64,000 nt of DNA from Gemmatimonadales bacterium (GCA_036556625.1 DATBJC010000089.1:22024-86023); one strand, 5' to 3'; numbered from the stretch's first letter, positions 7,562 to 15,852 are shown. A program made the numbers and translations. The notes: generated by a model not told the origin, from the letters alone.

Positions 7562-10456
7562 ATGCATATCAGCCGCTGGACCGGCTGGGCGCGGGTCGTC
7601 GTGGTGAGCGTGCTCGCCGGCCTGTTCGCCTGTACCGCGACGACGCCGCCGACCGACGAACTCGAGCCGGTCGATGATGCCGTCGGCCTGGTCGATAACC
7701 CTGCCGCCAGAATCACCCTGAGTCTCGATACCCTATGGTTCGCCCAGGCCGGGCAAGAGGCTCAAGTCAGCGTGCAGGCGTTCGACGCCGACGGCCGCGA
7801 GTTGACCGGAGCCCGAATCAAGTGGTGGGGGAACAACGCCGAGCGCTTCACCTTCACGCCTGAGCTCTGCACGGCGCCGTGCTCGGTGACGGTACACAGC
7901 GGAAGCGAAGGGTTGGGCAAGTTGATCGCCCATGAGTACGGCGGCGTGGCACGCGATACCACGTGGGTAAGGGTGGGTGGAGACGCTCCGCAGGGCTCGG
8001 CAGGGAGTCCCCCGCCGACGAACCAGACGCCGGAGCCGCCCATCCCGCAGCCGCCGGGCGAGAACGCGGCCCGCATCACGCTGTCCTACAGCGACCTGGT
8101 GCTCGGCCCGCCGGGGGCCCAAGTCACGGTGAGCGTGCGCGCCTTCGGCGCGGATGGCCGGGAATGGAGCGGGGTGCCGATCCGCTGGTGGAAGAGCAGC
8201 AACACCACGTTCAGCCTCTCGGTCCGCGAGTGCCGCAGCCCCTGCAGCAGCGTCCTTTCGACCAGGGCCGTGGGCGGGGGCAAGGTCATCGTGCGCCACT
8301 ACGGCGGGGTCGCCCGGGACACCATGCCGGTCAGGATCACGGCGGAGTCGAACCCGCCGACCGAGCCGCCGCCAAGTGAGCCGCCGGGTGAGCCGCCGCC
8401 GGGTGAGCCGCCGCCGGGTGAACCGCCGCCGGGTGAACCGCCGCCGCCACCCCCGCCGCCACCGCCGCCGGTGGGTGCGAGCTGCAACTTGACGGGCGCG
8501 ACCGTTCTCGCAGGCACCCGGAGCTCTCAGTTCCGCGTCGACGGGGTGCCGGCTGGCCGGGTCTATGACGCGCGGTCATTTGCCGTGCGGTACAGCGCAG
8601 CTGGTGGTGCAGTGAGGGTGGCTGGTGGGGCCAACATCTGTTGGCACGGTGGGCGAGTGCTCGGCACGATGGATTCGGTCACCACGTCTTGGGCGACCTA
8701 CCACGATGCCTACGGTTTCCACCTGACCGGCAACACCCTCATCATCGAAGACGTGTACGCCGAGAACGTAGGTGATGGGATCAAGTGGATCGAGGAGAGC
8801 ACCAACAACTTCACGATCCGGCGGGTGCACCTCAAGGACATGAAGGACGATTGCGTAGAAACGGACTGGCTGAGGGGTGGCAGCATCAGCGACGTCCTGT
8901 TCGAAGGGTGCTACGTGTTCCTGGGCATCCGGCCACGCTCCAGTGTCAGCCTCAACGGCAGCGGGAACACCATCACCGTCGATGGGGCGGTGGTCTGGCA
9001 TAAGCACATCCGGAACGGCTACAACGGCGAGCCGGACAACGCGGGGCAGATCTTCAAGGTTGATGGTGGCACGCCGTCGACGAGCCCGAGGCTGCGGCTC
9101 CGGAACATCGTCCTCCGGGTAGATCCCCACCCGAACACTAGCGGTGGTGGGAGTCCCTACTCGCTCAATCCCGGCGGCATCGTGGTGGAGTCGGCGAACA
9201 ACACCCTGGTCTGGACCGGCGCCGGGGCATATCCCGAGGCGGTGCCGTCCGGCTGGACTCTCACCCGGGACAAGGGCGTCTACGACCGCGCTGTTGCCGC
9301 CTGGAAGGCGCGGAACAGCCAAGGAGCTCCACCCCCGGCACCGCCGCCGCCGCCGCCGCCGCCAGGGCCGGCGCCGGTTGCGACCGTTACGGTGAGCCCG
9401 TCCGCTCCGTCGGTGCTCGCGGACGCCACAGTGCAGCTGGCCGCGAGCCTCCTGGATGCGGCAGGCAACCCGCTGTCGGGACGGACGGTGACGTGGTCCA
9501 GCGCGGCGACTGGCATCGCGACCGTGAGCTCGAGTGGCCTGGTCAGAGGCGTCGCGGCGGGCCAGGCCGTGATCACCGCTTCGAGTGAAGGCAAGAGTGG
9601 CAACGCGTCGGTCATGGTGACGGCGGGATCTTCACCTCCGCCTCCGCCGCCCCCGCCGCCGCCGGGCGGTGCCGTGACCCTGCTCGCGGTGGGCGACATC
9701 GCCGACTGCGGCAGCAGCGGGGACGAAGCCACTGGCAGACTGGTGGACGCGTATCCGACGACCCCGATCATCACCCTGGGCGACAATGCCTACGACGACG
9801 GCAGCACCAGCGATTTCGCGAACTGCTACGAACCGTCGTGGGGTCGGCACAAGGCCCGGACCCGGCCTTCACCGGGCAACCACGACTATCACGAGTCCGG
9901 CGCCGGGCCCTACTATGCGTACTTCGGCGCCAACGCCGGCCCGGCCGGTCGGGGCTACTACAGCTTCGATCTGGGCGACTGGCACCTCATCTCGCTCAAC
10001 AGTAACGTGAGCATGTCGGCCGGCTCGGCCCAGGAGCAGTGGCTGCGAGCGGACCTCGCCGCGACGACCAAGCGCTGCGTGCTGGCCTACTGGCACCACC
10101 CGCGGTTCAGCTCTTCCAAGCATGGGAATGAGTCTGACACCCAGCCGCTGTGGCAGGCGCTGTACAATGCCGGCGCGGAGCTGGTGCTCGCGGGGCACGA
10201 CCACTCCTATGAGCGATTCGCCCCCCAGACTCCGAGCGGCGCGGCCGATCCGACCAACGGCGTTCGGAGCTTCGTCGTGGGCACCGGCGGCCGGAAGTTC
10301 TACTCGCTGGTCACTCGCCAGCCCAACAGCGAGGCGTTCGGGAGCAATACCTACGGCGTGCTCAAGCTGACGCTGGGCGCGACCAGCTACAGCTGGCAGT
10401 TCCTCGCGGCTGGAGGGGGTACCTACACCGATTCGGGGACCGGTCAGTGCAAGTGA
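7562..10456 (+). CDS. Secreted lipoprotein (protein C): two Ig-like X modules, a (PPGEP)n linker, unassigned domain Y, a Big_2 domain and a C-terminal metallophosphoesterase.
   Basis: Track ORF 7451..10456. The preferred start is ATG 7562, with GGAGGG 8 nt upstream. The N-terminus MHISRWTGWARVVVVSVLAGLFAC is lipobox-like. Module positions: X1 7706-7978, X2 8066-8344, Pro-rich linker 8345-8470, Y 8471-9316, Big_2 9374-9625 (VTVSPS..VQLAASLLDAAGNPL..VTWSS..IATVSSSGLV..AGQAVITA), MPE 9671-10453 (VGDIADC, GDNAYDDG, GNHDY, WHHPRFSS, GHDHSYER). Confidence 0.8.
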   Translation: MHISRWTGWARVVVVSVLAGLFACTATTPPTDELEPVDDAVGLVDNPAARITLSLDTLWFAQAGQEAQVSVQAFDADGRELTGARIKWWGNNAERFTFTPELCTAPCSVTVHSGSEGLGKLIAHEYGGVARDTTWVRVGGDAPQGSAGSPPPTNQTPEPPIPQPPGENAARITLSYSDLVLGPPGAQVTVSVRAFGADGREWSGVPIRWWKSSNTTFSLSVRECRSPCSSVLSTRAVGGGKVIVRHYGGVARDTMPVRITAESNPPTEPPPSEPPGEPPPGEPPPGEPPPGEPPPPPPPPPPPVGASCNLTGATVLAGTRSSQFRVDGVPAGRVYDARSFAVRYSAAGGAVRVAGGANICWHGGRVLGTMDSVTTSWATYHDAYGFHLTGNTLIIEDVYAENVGDGIKWIEESTNNFTIRRVHLKDMKDDCVETDWLRGGSISDVLFEGCYVFLGIRPRSSVSLNGSGNTITVDGAVVWHKHIRNGYNGEPDNAGQIFKVDGGTPSTSPRLRLRNIVLRVDPHPNTSGGGSPYSLNPGGIVVESANNTLVWTGAGAYPEAVPSGWTLTRDKGVYDRAVAAWKARNSQGAPPPAPPPPPPPPGPAPVATVTVSPSAPSVLADATVQLAASLLDAAGNPLSGRTVTWSSAATGIATVSSSGLVRGVAAGQAVITASSEGKSGNASVMVTAGSSPPPPPPPPPPGGAVTLLAVGDIADCGSSGDEATGRLVDAYPTTPIITLGDNAYDDGSTSDFANCYEPSWGRHKARTRPSPGNHDYHESGAGPYYAYFGANAGPAGRGYYSFDLGDWHLISLNSNVSMSAGSAQEQWLRADLAATTKRCVLAYWHHPRFSSSKHGNESDTQPLWQALYNAGAELVLAGHDHSYERFAPQTPSGAADPTNGVRSFVVGTGGRKFYSLVTRQPNSEAFGSNTYGVLKLTLGATSYSWQFLAAGGGTYTDSGTGQCK
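8044..8343 (+). repeat. Dispersed 300-bp repeat, copy 2. It encodes module X2 of protein C.
   Basis: See the 2388-2687 entry. Same length, collinear, same reading frame. Confidence 0.8.
8387..8446 (+). repeat. Four tandem 15-bp units (ggtgagccgccgccg twice, ggtgaaccgccgccg twice), encoding the GEPPP linker.
   Basis: Read directly. The units are 8387-8401, 8402-8416, 8417-8431 and 8432-8446. A degenerate copy precedes them and a CCG-rich poly-Pro run follows to about 8470. Confidence 0.9.
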
Positions 10457-10481
10457 ACTGACCTCGGGCAGACCGTCTTTC

Positions 10482-10530
10482 CGACCCGGCCGGGAGCCAT
10501 CAGCGGTTCCCGGCCGGGTCGTTTCGTTCG
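10482..10530 (+). terminator. Rho-independent terminator downstream of protein C.
   Basis: A perfect 14-bp GC-rich stem pairs cgacccggccggga (10482-10495) with tcccggccgggtcg (10508-10521). The loop is 12 nt and the tail is tttcgttcg. Confidence 0.75.
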
Positions 10531-10895
10531 AGGCGCGGCTACCACACTTCTGGCGTCCAGCGTCTACGCGTGGTCACCGGCGTTTGGCGGATTCCGACGG
10601 GAGATCCCCTCGTCGAAGGTGTTGGTGGCGCTTGCGTTCCCACATGCGCTCGGATGCCGCACACCTGAGCACAGATCTTGCGCGATATGCAATTTCTAGC
10701 ACGCGACCTCATCACTCGACTTGTGAACTTCGGCGCTGCGGAATCGCCGTACCGAGTTGCCGTCGCTCGCCTGGCTGGAAGCCCCCGGTGATCCGGGTGC
10801 CGGGAGAACCGACGTCGGTGTTCACCCAAGAACTGGTGCCTGCGGGCGCCTGGCGCTGCCACCTGCAGACCGTCGCGCCGCGAGGACCATAGATC

Positions 10896-13148
10896 ATGAT
10901 GAGGTTACGCCCACTCTTCGTCACTCCGGCCATCGCCCTGACGGTGCTGGGACTCGTCACCTGCACCGGCGACAGCGGACTCACCGGGGTCAGCGACGAC
11001 GGCCGGGCCACGGCCTCCCGTCCCGCGGGCGGTGGCGCGGCGGTGATCGGCACGCCGGAGATCCTGGTCGGTGCGGGGGACATCTCCACCTGTAGCAACA
11101 ACCTCGACGAGTCGACGGCGCGGATCATCGACACGGTTCCCGGCACCGTCTACACCCTCGGTGACAACGTCTACCCTGACGGGTTGGCGAGCGAGTTCAC
11201 CAACTGCTACCAACCAACCTGGGGACGCCACAAGGCGCGGACCCGCCCCGCGGCCGGCAACACCGATTACAACAGCTCCGGCGCCGCGCCCTATTTCAAC
11301 TACTTCGGGGCGTCCGCCGGCCAGCCCGGCCAAGGCTACTACAGCTACAACCTGGGCGCCTGGCACATCGTCGTGCTCAACAGCAACGTCCCACGGACGC
11401 CGGCGTCGCCCCAGATGCAGTGGCTCCGCGCGGACCTGGACGCCAACCCGAGACAATGCACCCTCGCCTATTTCCACCATCCACTGTTCTCCTCGATCAA
11501 CGGGACCGGGACGGGGGGGAGTGTGTGGACCAGCGTGCAGCCTTTCTGGGATACCCTCTACTCCCGGGGGGCGGACCTGGTGCTCGGCGGGCACCGCCAT
11601 TCCTACGAGCGCCTGGCCCCGGTCCGGCCGGACGGCACCCCGGACCCGACCTTCGGCATTCGCCAGTTCGTCGTCGGCACCGGAGGCGTCGGCGGCGGCA
11701 CGAACAACAATCTCCACCCCGCCAGCGAGGTCAGAAACGGCGATACCCGCGGCGTGCTCAAGCTCTACCTCTACGATGACAGCTACGCCTGGAAGTTCAT
11801 CCCCATCGCCGGCAAGACCTTCACCGACTCCGGCACCGTCGCCTGCCATCCTGCTCCGGGCGCAGCCGCGCCGACCGTATCGGCCACCTTGTCCACGATC
11901 TCCGCGGATCCCACGACGATTGTCGCCGGGGGCGGCTCGTCCACCATCACGGTGACCGCACGAAACTCCAGCGGCGATCCCGTGAGCGGGGCCTCAGTGG
12001 TGCTCTCGGCCACCGGCGGCGGCAACACGATCGTTCAGCCGTCCGCACCGACCGATGCCGCGGGTGTGGCCACCGGCAGCTTCAGCTCGACTGTGGCCGC
12101 AACGTCCAAGACGATCTCGGCCGTGATCAGCGGAGTTGCCATCACCCAGACGGCGCTGGTCAGGGTCAACGCCGGCCCCGCGTCGGCGGCGCACTCGACC
12201 GTGGCGGCCAGCCCCACCAGTATCGTGGCCGGCGGCGGGAGCTCGACCATCACCGTGACGGTGCGGGACCCGCACGGCAACCCGGTGAGCGGCTCGACGG
12301 TGGCGCTGTCGGCCAGCGGGACGAGCAACTCGCTCACCCAGCCAGGGGGAACGACCAACGGCAACGGTCTGGCGATCGGCGCCTTGACTTCAAGCGACGC
12401 GGAGGTGAAGACCGTTTCCGCCACGGCCGACGGCACTCCCATCACGCAGACGGCCGACGTGACCGTGACCCCGCCGGCAGGGGGCGGCGGCCAGATCGTG
12501 CATACTCTGCTCACCTCGGGCAACGGAACGGACAACGTCAAAGTATTCACCACGGCCTCGATCTCCCCGGCGGCGAACGCACTGGTCACCGTTGCGGTGC
12601 TCGGCCACCGGTCGTCGGCCGCGTCGGCCGCTCCGACGCTGACCGGAGGCGGCATGGGCAGCTGGACCCAGGTGGCCACCGTCACGTTCGACACCGTGAC
12701 CGGGCCGCTCAAGCGACTTGTGGTCTACCGCGCGATGAGCGCCTCCCCGGGTAGCGGCCCGATCACGATCTCCTGGCCGGGCACCGTGTCCAACTCGCAG
12801 TGGATCGTCTCCCAGTGGACCGGGGTGGATGCGAGCGGCGCGAACGGGGCGGGGGCCATCGTCCAGAGCATAGGCGTCAGCGGGGACAGGGTCAGTGGGC
12901 TCACCGCCACACTCGCCCCGCTCGGAGCGCCGCATCACGTCGCCTACGGCGTGGTGGGAATGAACGGAAACGGGCTCGTGGTCTCACCAGGAGCCGGCTT
13001 CACGGAGATCGCCGAGCAATCCTCCGGCGAAGCCGCGCGCGCGGTGCTGCAAACCGAGTGGACGACCGGTGACAACACGGTCGATGCGAGCGGACCCGGG
13101 TCGCTGAACGCCGCGATCCTGGGGATCGAGCTCAAACCGGCGCCCTGA
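10896..13148 (+). CDS. Secreted lipoprotein (protein D), a paralogue of protein B: metallophosphoesterase with GNTD in place of GNH(D/E), two Big_1-like Ig domains and domain Z.
   Basis: 750-aa ORF. The N-terminus MMRLRPLFVTPAIALTVLGLVTC has a lipobox. MPE motifs are GAGDISTC, GDNVYPDG, GNTDY (11256-11270), FHHPLFSS and GHRHSYER. Ig repeats lie at about 11870-12470. Domain Z lies at 12492-13145. Confidence 0.8.
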   Translation: MMRLRPLFVTPAIALTVLGLVTCTGDSGLTGVSDDGRATASRPAGGGAAVIGTPEILVGAGDISTCSNNLDESTARIIDTVPGTVYTLGDNVYPDGLASEFTNCYQPTWGRHKARTRPAAGNTDYNSSGAAPYFNYFGASAGQPGQGYYSYNLGAWHIVVLNSNVPRTPASPQMQWLRADLDANPRQCTLAYFHHPLFSSINGTGTGGSVWTSVQPFWDTLYSRGADLVLGGHRHSYERLAPVRPDGTPDPTFGIRQFVVGTGGVGGGTNNNLHPASEVRNGDTRGVLKLYLYDDSYAWKFIPIAGKTFTDSGTVACHPAPGAAAPTVSATLSTISADPTTIVAGGGSSTITVTARNSSGDPVSGASVVLSATGGGNTIVQPSAPTDAAGVATGSFSSTVAATSKTISAVISGVAITQTALVRVNAGPASAAHSTVAASPTSIVAGGGSSTITVTVRDPHGNPVSGSTVALSASGTSNSLTQPGGTTNGNGLAIGALTSSDAEVKTVSATADGTPITQTADVTVTPPAGGGGQIVHTLLTSGNGTDNVKVFTTASISPAANALVTVAVLGHRSSAASAAPTLTGGGMGSWTQVATVTFDTVTGPLKRLVVYRAMSASPGSGPITISWPGTVSNSQWIVSQWTGVDASGANGAGAIVQSIGVSGDRVSGLTATLAPLGAPHHVAYGVVGMNGNGLVVSPGAGFTEIAEQSSGEAARAVLQTEWTTGDNTVDASGPGSLNAAILGIELKPAP

Positions 13149-13155
13149 CGTCGCC

Positions 13156-14118
13156 TTGCACGCGAACCGATCGTTCAGCCGAATCACAGGCGGGCGCGCG
13201 AGGCTCTGCGCTCCCGCGCTCGTCCTCTTCCTCACGGCGGGGGGCGATCAGGCTCCTCCGACACCATCCTGTCTCGAGCGTCCACACCCGCAGCTTGCGA
13301 TCATCGGCCTGCAGGTGAAGGGCTGGATGGCGAAAACCCTGCCCGACAACACGATCATCGATGCGCGGAGCGCCCGGTGGATCGGCGCGGCCGATTCTCC
13401 GGTGCGCTGGGGCGGTGGCGATGCTCTCTGCTGGACCGGAGGTCTGGTCCAGGGCCTCTACCCCGAAACCGACTCCTGGAGCCGACTCCACGACACCAAG
13501 GCGATGCGGGTGGGGCAGACCGGCGGCGCGAGAGCGACCATCGAGGGCTTCCGCGCGATCAATTATGGCGACGGCATCAGCCTGGAGGACGGGGCGGAAG
13601 ATTTCCTGATTCGCGGCGTGCATCTCACCCACATGCGGGACGACTGCATCGAGGACGACTTCGCCCGCGGCGGCACGATCGAGGACAGCTTCTTCGAAGG
13701 GTGTTACGTCTGGATCGCCACCCGGCCGCGTCCGTCCAAAGCCGCCGGCGTGGATGGCTCCGGGCGCCGCCTCCTGATCGAGCGCAACGTGGTCTGGATG
13801 GAGCCGATGGCCTCGGTGTACTCGGGACCGTCGCCCTCCACCAGCGCCGTGTTCAAGGTGGACCGATCGCCGCCGTCGGTGAGCCCCAAGATGATCCTGC
13901 GGCACAACGTGCTGCGGGTGGATGTGGCACCGGGGGTGGGGGATGCCTGCCTCGATCCGGAGGCCCTGGTGGTGGAGTCTGTGGGCAACGTGGTGGTGTG
14001 GCTGGGGGAGGGGGAGTACCCATGCCTGCCCCTTCCGAGGGGCTGGTCACTCACCCGCGACCGAGCCGTGTGGGAGCAGGCGGTGGCAGCCTGGAAGGCG
14101 CGACACCCGGGCTCCTGA
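13156..14118 (+). CDS. Secreted protein (protein E) consisting of stand-alone domain Y.
   Basis: 320-aa ORF with a TTG start 7 nt after the stop of protein D. The N-terminus is signal-peptide-like (RARLCAPALVLFLTAGGD) and has no lipobox Cys. It aligns along its length with 8471-9316 of protein C. Shared blocks include CW.GG, GDGI, VHL..M.DDC.E.D..RGG.I.D..FEGCYV....RPR and GW.LTRD......AVAAWKAR. Confidence 0.7.
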   Translation: MHANRSFSRITGGRARLCAPALVLFLTAGGDQAPPTPSCLERPHPQLAIIGLQVKGWMAKTLPDNTIIDARSARWIGAADSPVRWGGGDALCWTGGLVQGLYPETDSWSRLHDTKAMRVGQTGGARATIEGFRAINYGDGISLEDGAEDFLIRGVHLTHMRDDCIEDDFARGGTIEDSFFEGCYVWIATRPRPSKAAGVDGSGRRLLIERNVVWMEPMASVYSGPSPSTSAVFKVDRSPPSVSPKMILRHNVLRVDVAPGVGDACLDPEALVVESVGNVVVWLGEGEYPCLPLPRGWSLTRDRAVWEQAVAAWKARHPGS

Positions 14119-14132
14119 TCGGGGCCGGACCG

Positions 14133-15188
14133 TCACTCCTCGGCTCCGGCCGGTGCCGGAATGCGGGCCTCGGGAGCGTGCGTGGCGGGTCCCGCCCGCT
14201 TCCGCATCACACCCTGATAGAGTTCGATCAGCCGCCCGGTCTGCACCGACTCGTCGAGTGACTGCACGGCCACGCGACCTCGAACTCTCGCCCCCCGCCG
14301 GAGCGCACGCTCCAGCGCCGCCGCAATGGTCTCCGGGCGCTCATCCACACACAGCTCGCACCCTACGATATCGCGGATGCGCTCGGGAACGTCCCCCACG
14401 GGGACCGAGACGACGGGGAGATCGCACGCCAGCGCCTCCTTGACCACGTTCGGCGATCCCTCCTGCAGCGACGTGAACACCAGGACGTCGGCTGCGCTCA
14501 TGTAGAGCGGTACTTCGGTGTGAGCGACGCCCCAAAGCACCACCAGCTCCGCCGGGACCGATCGCTGCAGGATGGACACGGCCTGCTCGGCAAGCTGGTA
14601 GCGCTTCCGCCCCTGGGTAGGGCGGCCGGCGAACAGCACCAGCGGCCGGTCAGGATCGAGGCCGAGGCGCCGGCGCGCCTCGTCGCGGGGGTGGGGGCGA
14701 AACAGGGAGAAGTCCAATCCGGAAGGGATGACGGTGGCCTTCACGCCGGTCGGCAGGCTCTCCTTCATGTGCTCGGAGACCACCACCACGGCGTCGGCCT
14801 GTCGGGCCACCAGGCGGCTTGCCGCCTGGAGGGCCCGGCCGACCCAGGTTCGCTGGCCATCCCGATCGCTGACGATCCCGAGAAGATCGCTTCCCCGGAA
14901 CGTCACCACGAGGGGAATCCGCTTGGGTAAGGCCAGCAGGCCGCTCTGGCCGAACTGGGCGTGGACCAGGTCGTATTCCCGAGTCAGCAGCCGACGTCGA
15001 ACCTCGACCCACGGACGGGCGTAGCGCCACGGCTGCCGCAACCCCTTGAAGTGGAACACGTCCACCTCGACCCCGGCCGCCATGAGGAAATTCGCCTGGC
15101 GCTGGATGAAGTGGGTCGTCGCCTCCTGCCCGCGATGCGGCCAGGCGCTGGTGATCATGAGAACCCGGATCGGTCGCTCCATGCTCAT
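14133..15188 (-). CDS. Glycosyltransferase, family 4 (GT-B fold).
   Basis: 351-aa ORF. It reads RVLMITSAWPHRGQEATTHFIQRQANFL at the N-terminus, with SLQEGSPNVVKEALACDLPVV (an EX7E-like region) later. Its ATG overlaps the stop of the upstream gene (ATGA at 15185-15188). Confidence 0.8.
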   Translation of the reverse strand: MSMERPIRVLMITSAWPHRGQEATTHFIQRQANFLMAAGVEVDVFHFKGLRQPWRYARPWVEVRRRLLTREYDLVHAQFGQSGLLALPKRIPLVVTFRGSDLLGIVSDRDGQRTWVGRALQAASRLVARQADAVVVVSEHMKESLPTGVKATVIPSGLDFSLFRPHPRDEARRRLGLDPDRPLVLFAGRPTQGRKRYQLAEQAVSILQRSVPAELVVLWGVAHTEVPLYMSAADVLVFTSLQEGSPNVVKEALACDLPVVSVPVGDVPERIRDIVGCELCVDERPETIAAALERALRRGARVRGRVAVQSLDESVQTGRLIELYQGVMRKRAGPATHAPEARIPAPAGAEE

Positions 15189-15847
15189 TTCCCCGAGTTG
15201 GCGTTCAAGGCGCGCCGCTCGGTGACGAGGCGTGCGAGCTCACTGGTGGTGCGGGGGAGATCGGCGTTGTCGAGCACCACGGCGGACGGAACCCAGCCGA
15301 ACACCCGCCGATACGCGACCGCCCGGCGGGCCAAGTAGTCGATCGAGAACTCCGACTTCCTGGCGAACGCCACTTCAGGACTGGTGTCGAGGAGAATCGG
15401 GAGGTGCGGCGTCGGCGTGATCCAGGAGAGGACCCGCGCCCAGCCCCAGCTCCGCGGGCCGGCGACGTCCACCAACGTGTCGTAGAAATACCGATCCATG
15501 ATCAGCACCCGTCCCCGTACCCTCTCGATGTAGAACCGGTAGACCGCGAAGATGCCGAGGTCGACGAGGTAGATGATTCGCCGCGCCGCCTTGTTCCACA
15601 CCACGGCGTAGCGGAGTCGCTTCCATCGGGAGTCGATCTGGCGGGCTTCGACCGGCGGTGCGTGCCGCCCATCGCGTGGGCGGGCGCGCAGGCGGTTCCT
15701 GACCGCCATTCCGGCGGCCAGGAGGCCGACGTCGTAGGTCATGTGACACACCACGACCGACTCGTTCGCCGCTTCCAGCCGCGACTTGAGCCTGCCGATG
15801 AGGGTGGACTTGCCGGAGCCGTCGAGCCCCGAGAACGTGATCAGCAT
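15185..15847 (-). CDS. Thymidylate-kinase-like P-loop NTPase of unknown substrate.
   Basis: Track ORF 15185..16069. The preferred start is ATG 15847, 5 nt after the stop of the upstream gene. The sequence reads MLITFSGLDGSGKSTLIGRL (Walker A) and later VLIMDRYFYDT (a DRY-type motif). An Arg-rich insertion lies between them. Confidence 0.65.
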   Translation of the reverse strand: MLITFSGLDGSGKSTLIGRLKSRLEAANESVVVCHMTYDVGLLAAGMAVRNRLRARPRDGRHAPPVEARQIDSRWKRLRYAVVWNKAARRIIYLVDLGIFAVYRFYIERVRGRVLIMDRYFYDTLVDVAGPRSWGWARVLSWITPTPHLPILLDTSPEVAFARKSEFSIDYLARRAVAYRRVFGWVPSAVVLDNADLPRTTSELARLVTERRALNANSGK

Positions 15848-15852
15848 CGCGC

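Noticed and set aside
8345-8470. Regularly spaced short repeats, which I checked as a possible CRISPR array. The same check was made at 2716-2760 and 9341-9361.
   Set aside because: The units are 15 bp or 3 bp, directly abutting with no spacers, in frame, and they encode Pro-rich linkers. No cas genes are present in the window.
14119-14151. A 14-bp convergent junction between protein E and the GT4 gene, with a possible 7-bp hairpin (ggccgga at 14123-14129 pairing with tccggcc at 14145-14151) that might act as a bidirectional terminator.
   Set aside because: The stem is short, the loop is 15 nt, there is no U-tract, and most of the structure lies inside the GT4 coding sequence. The evidence is too weak to call.
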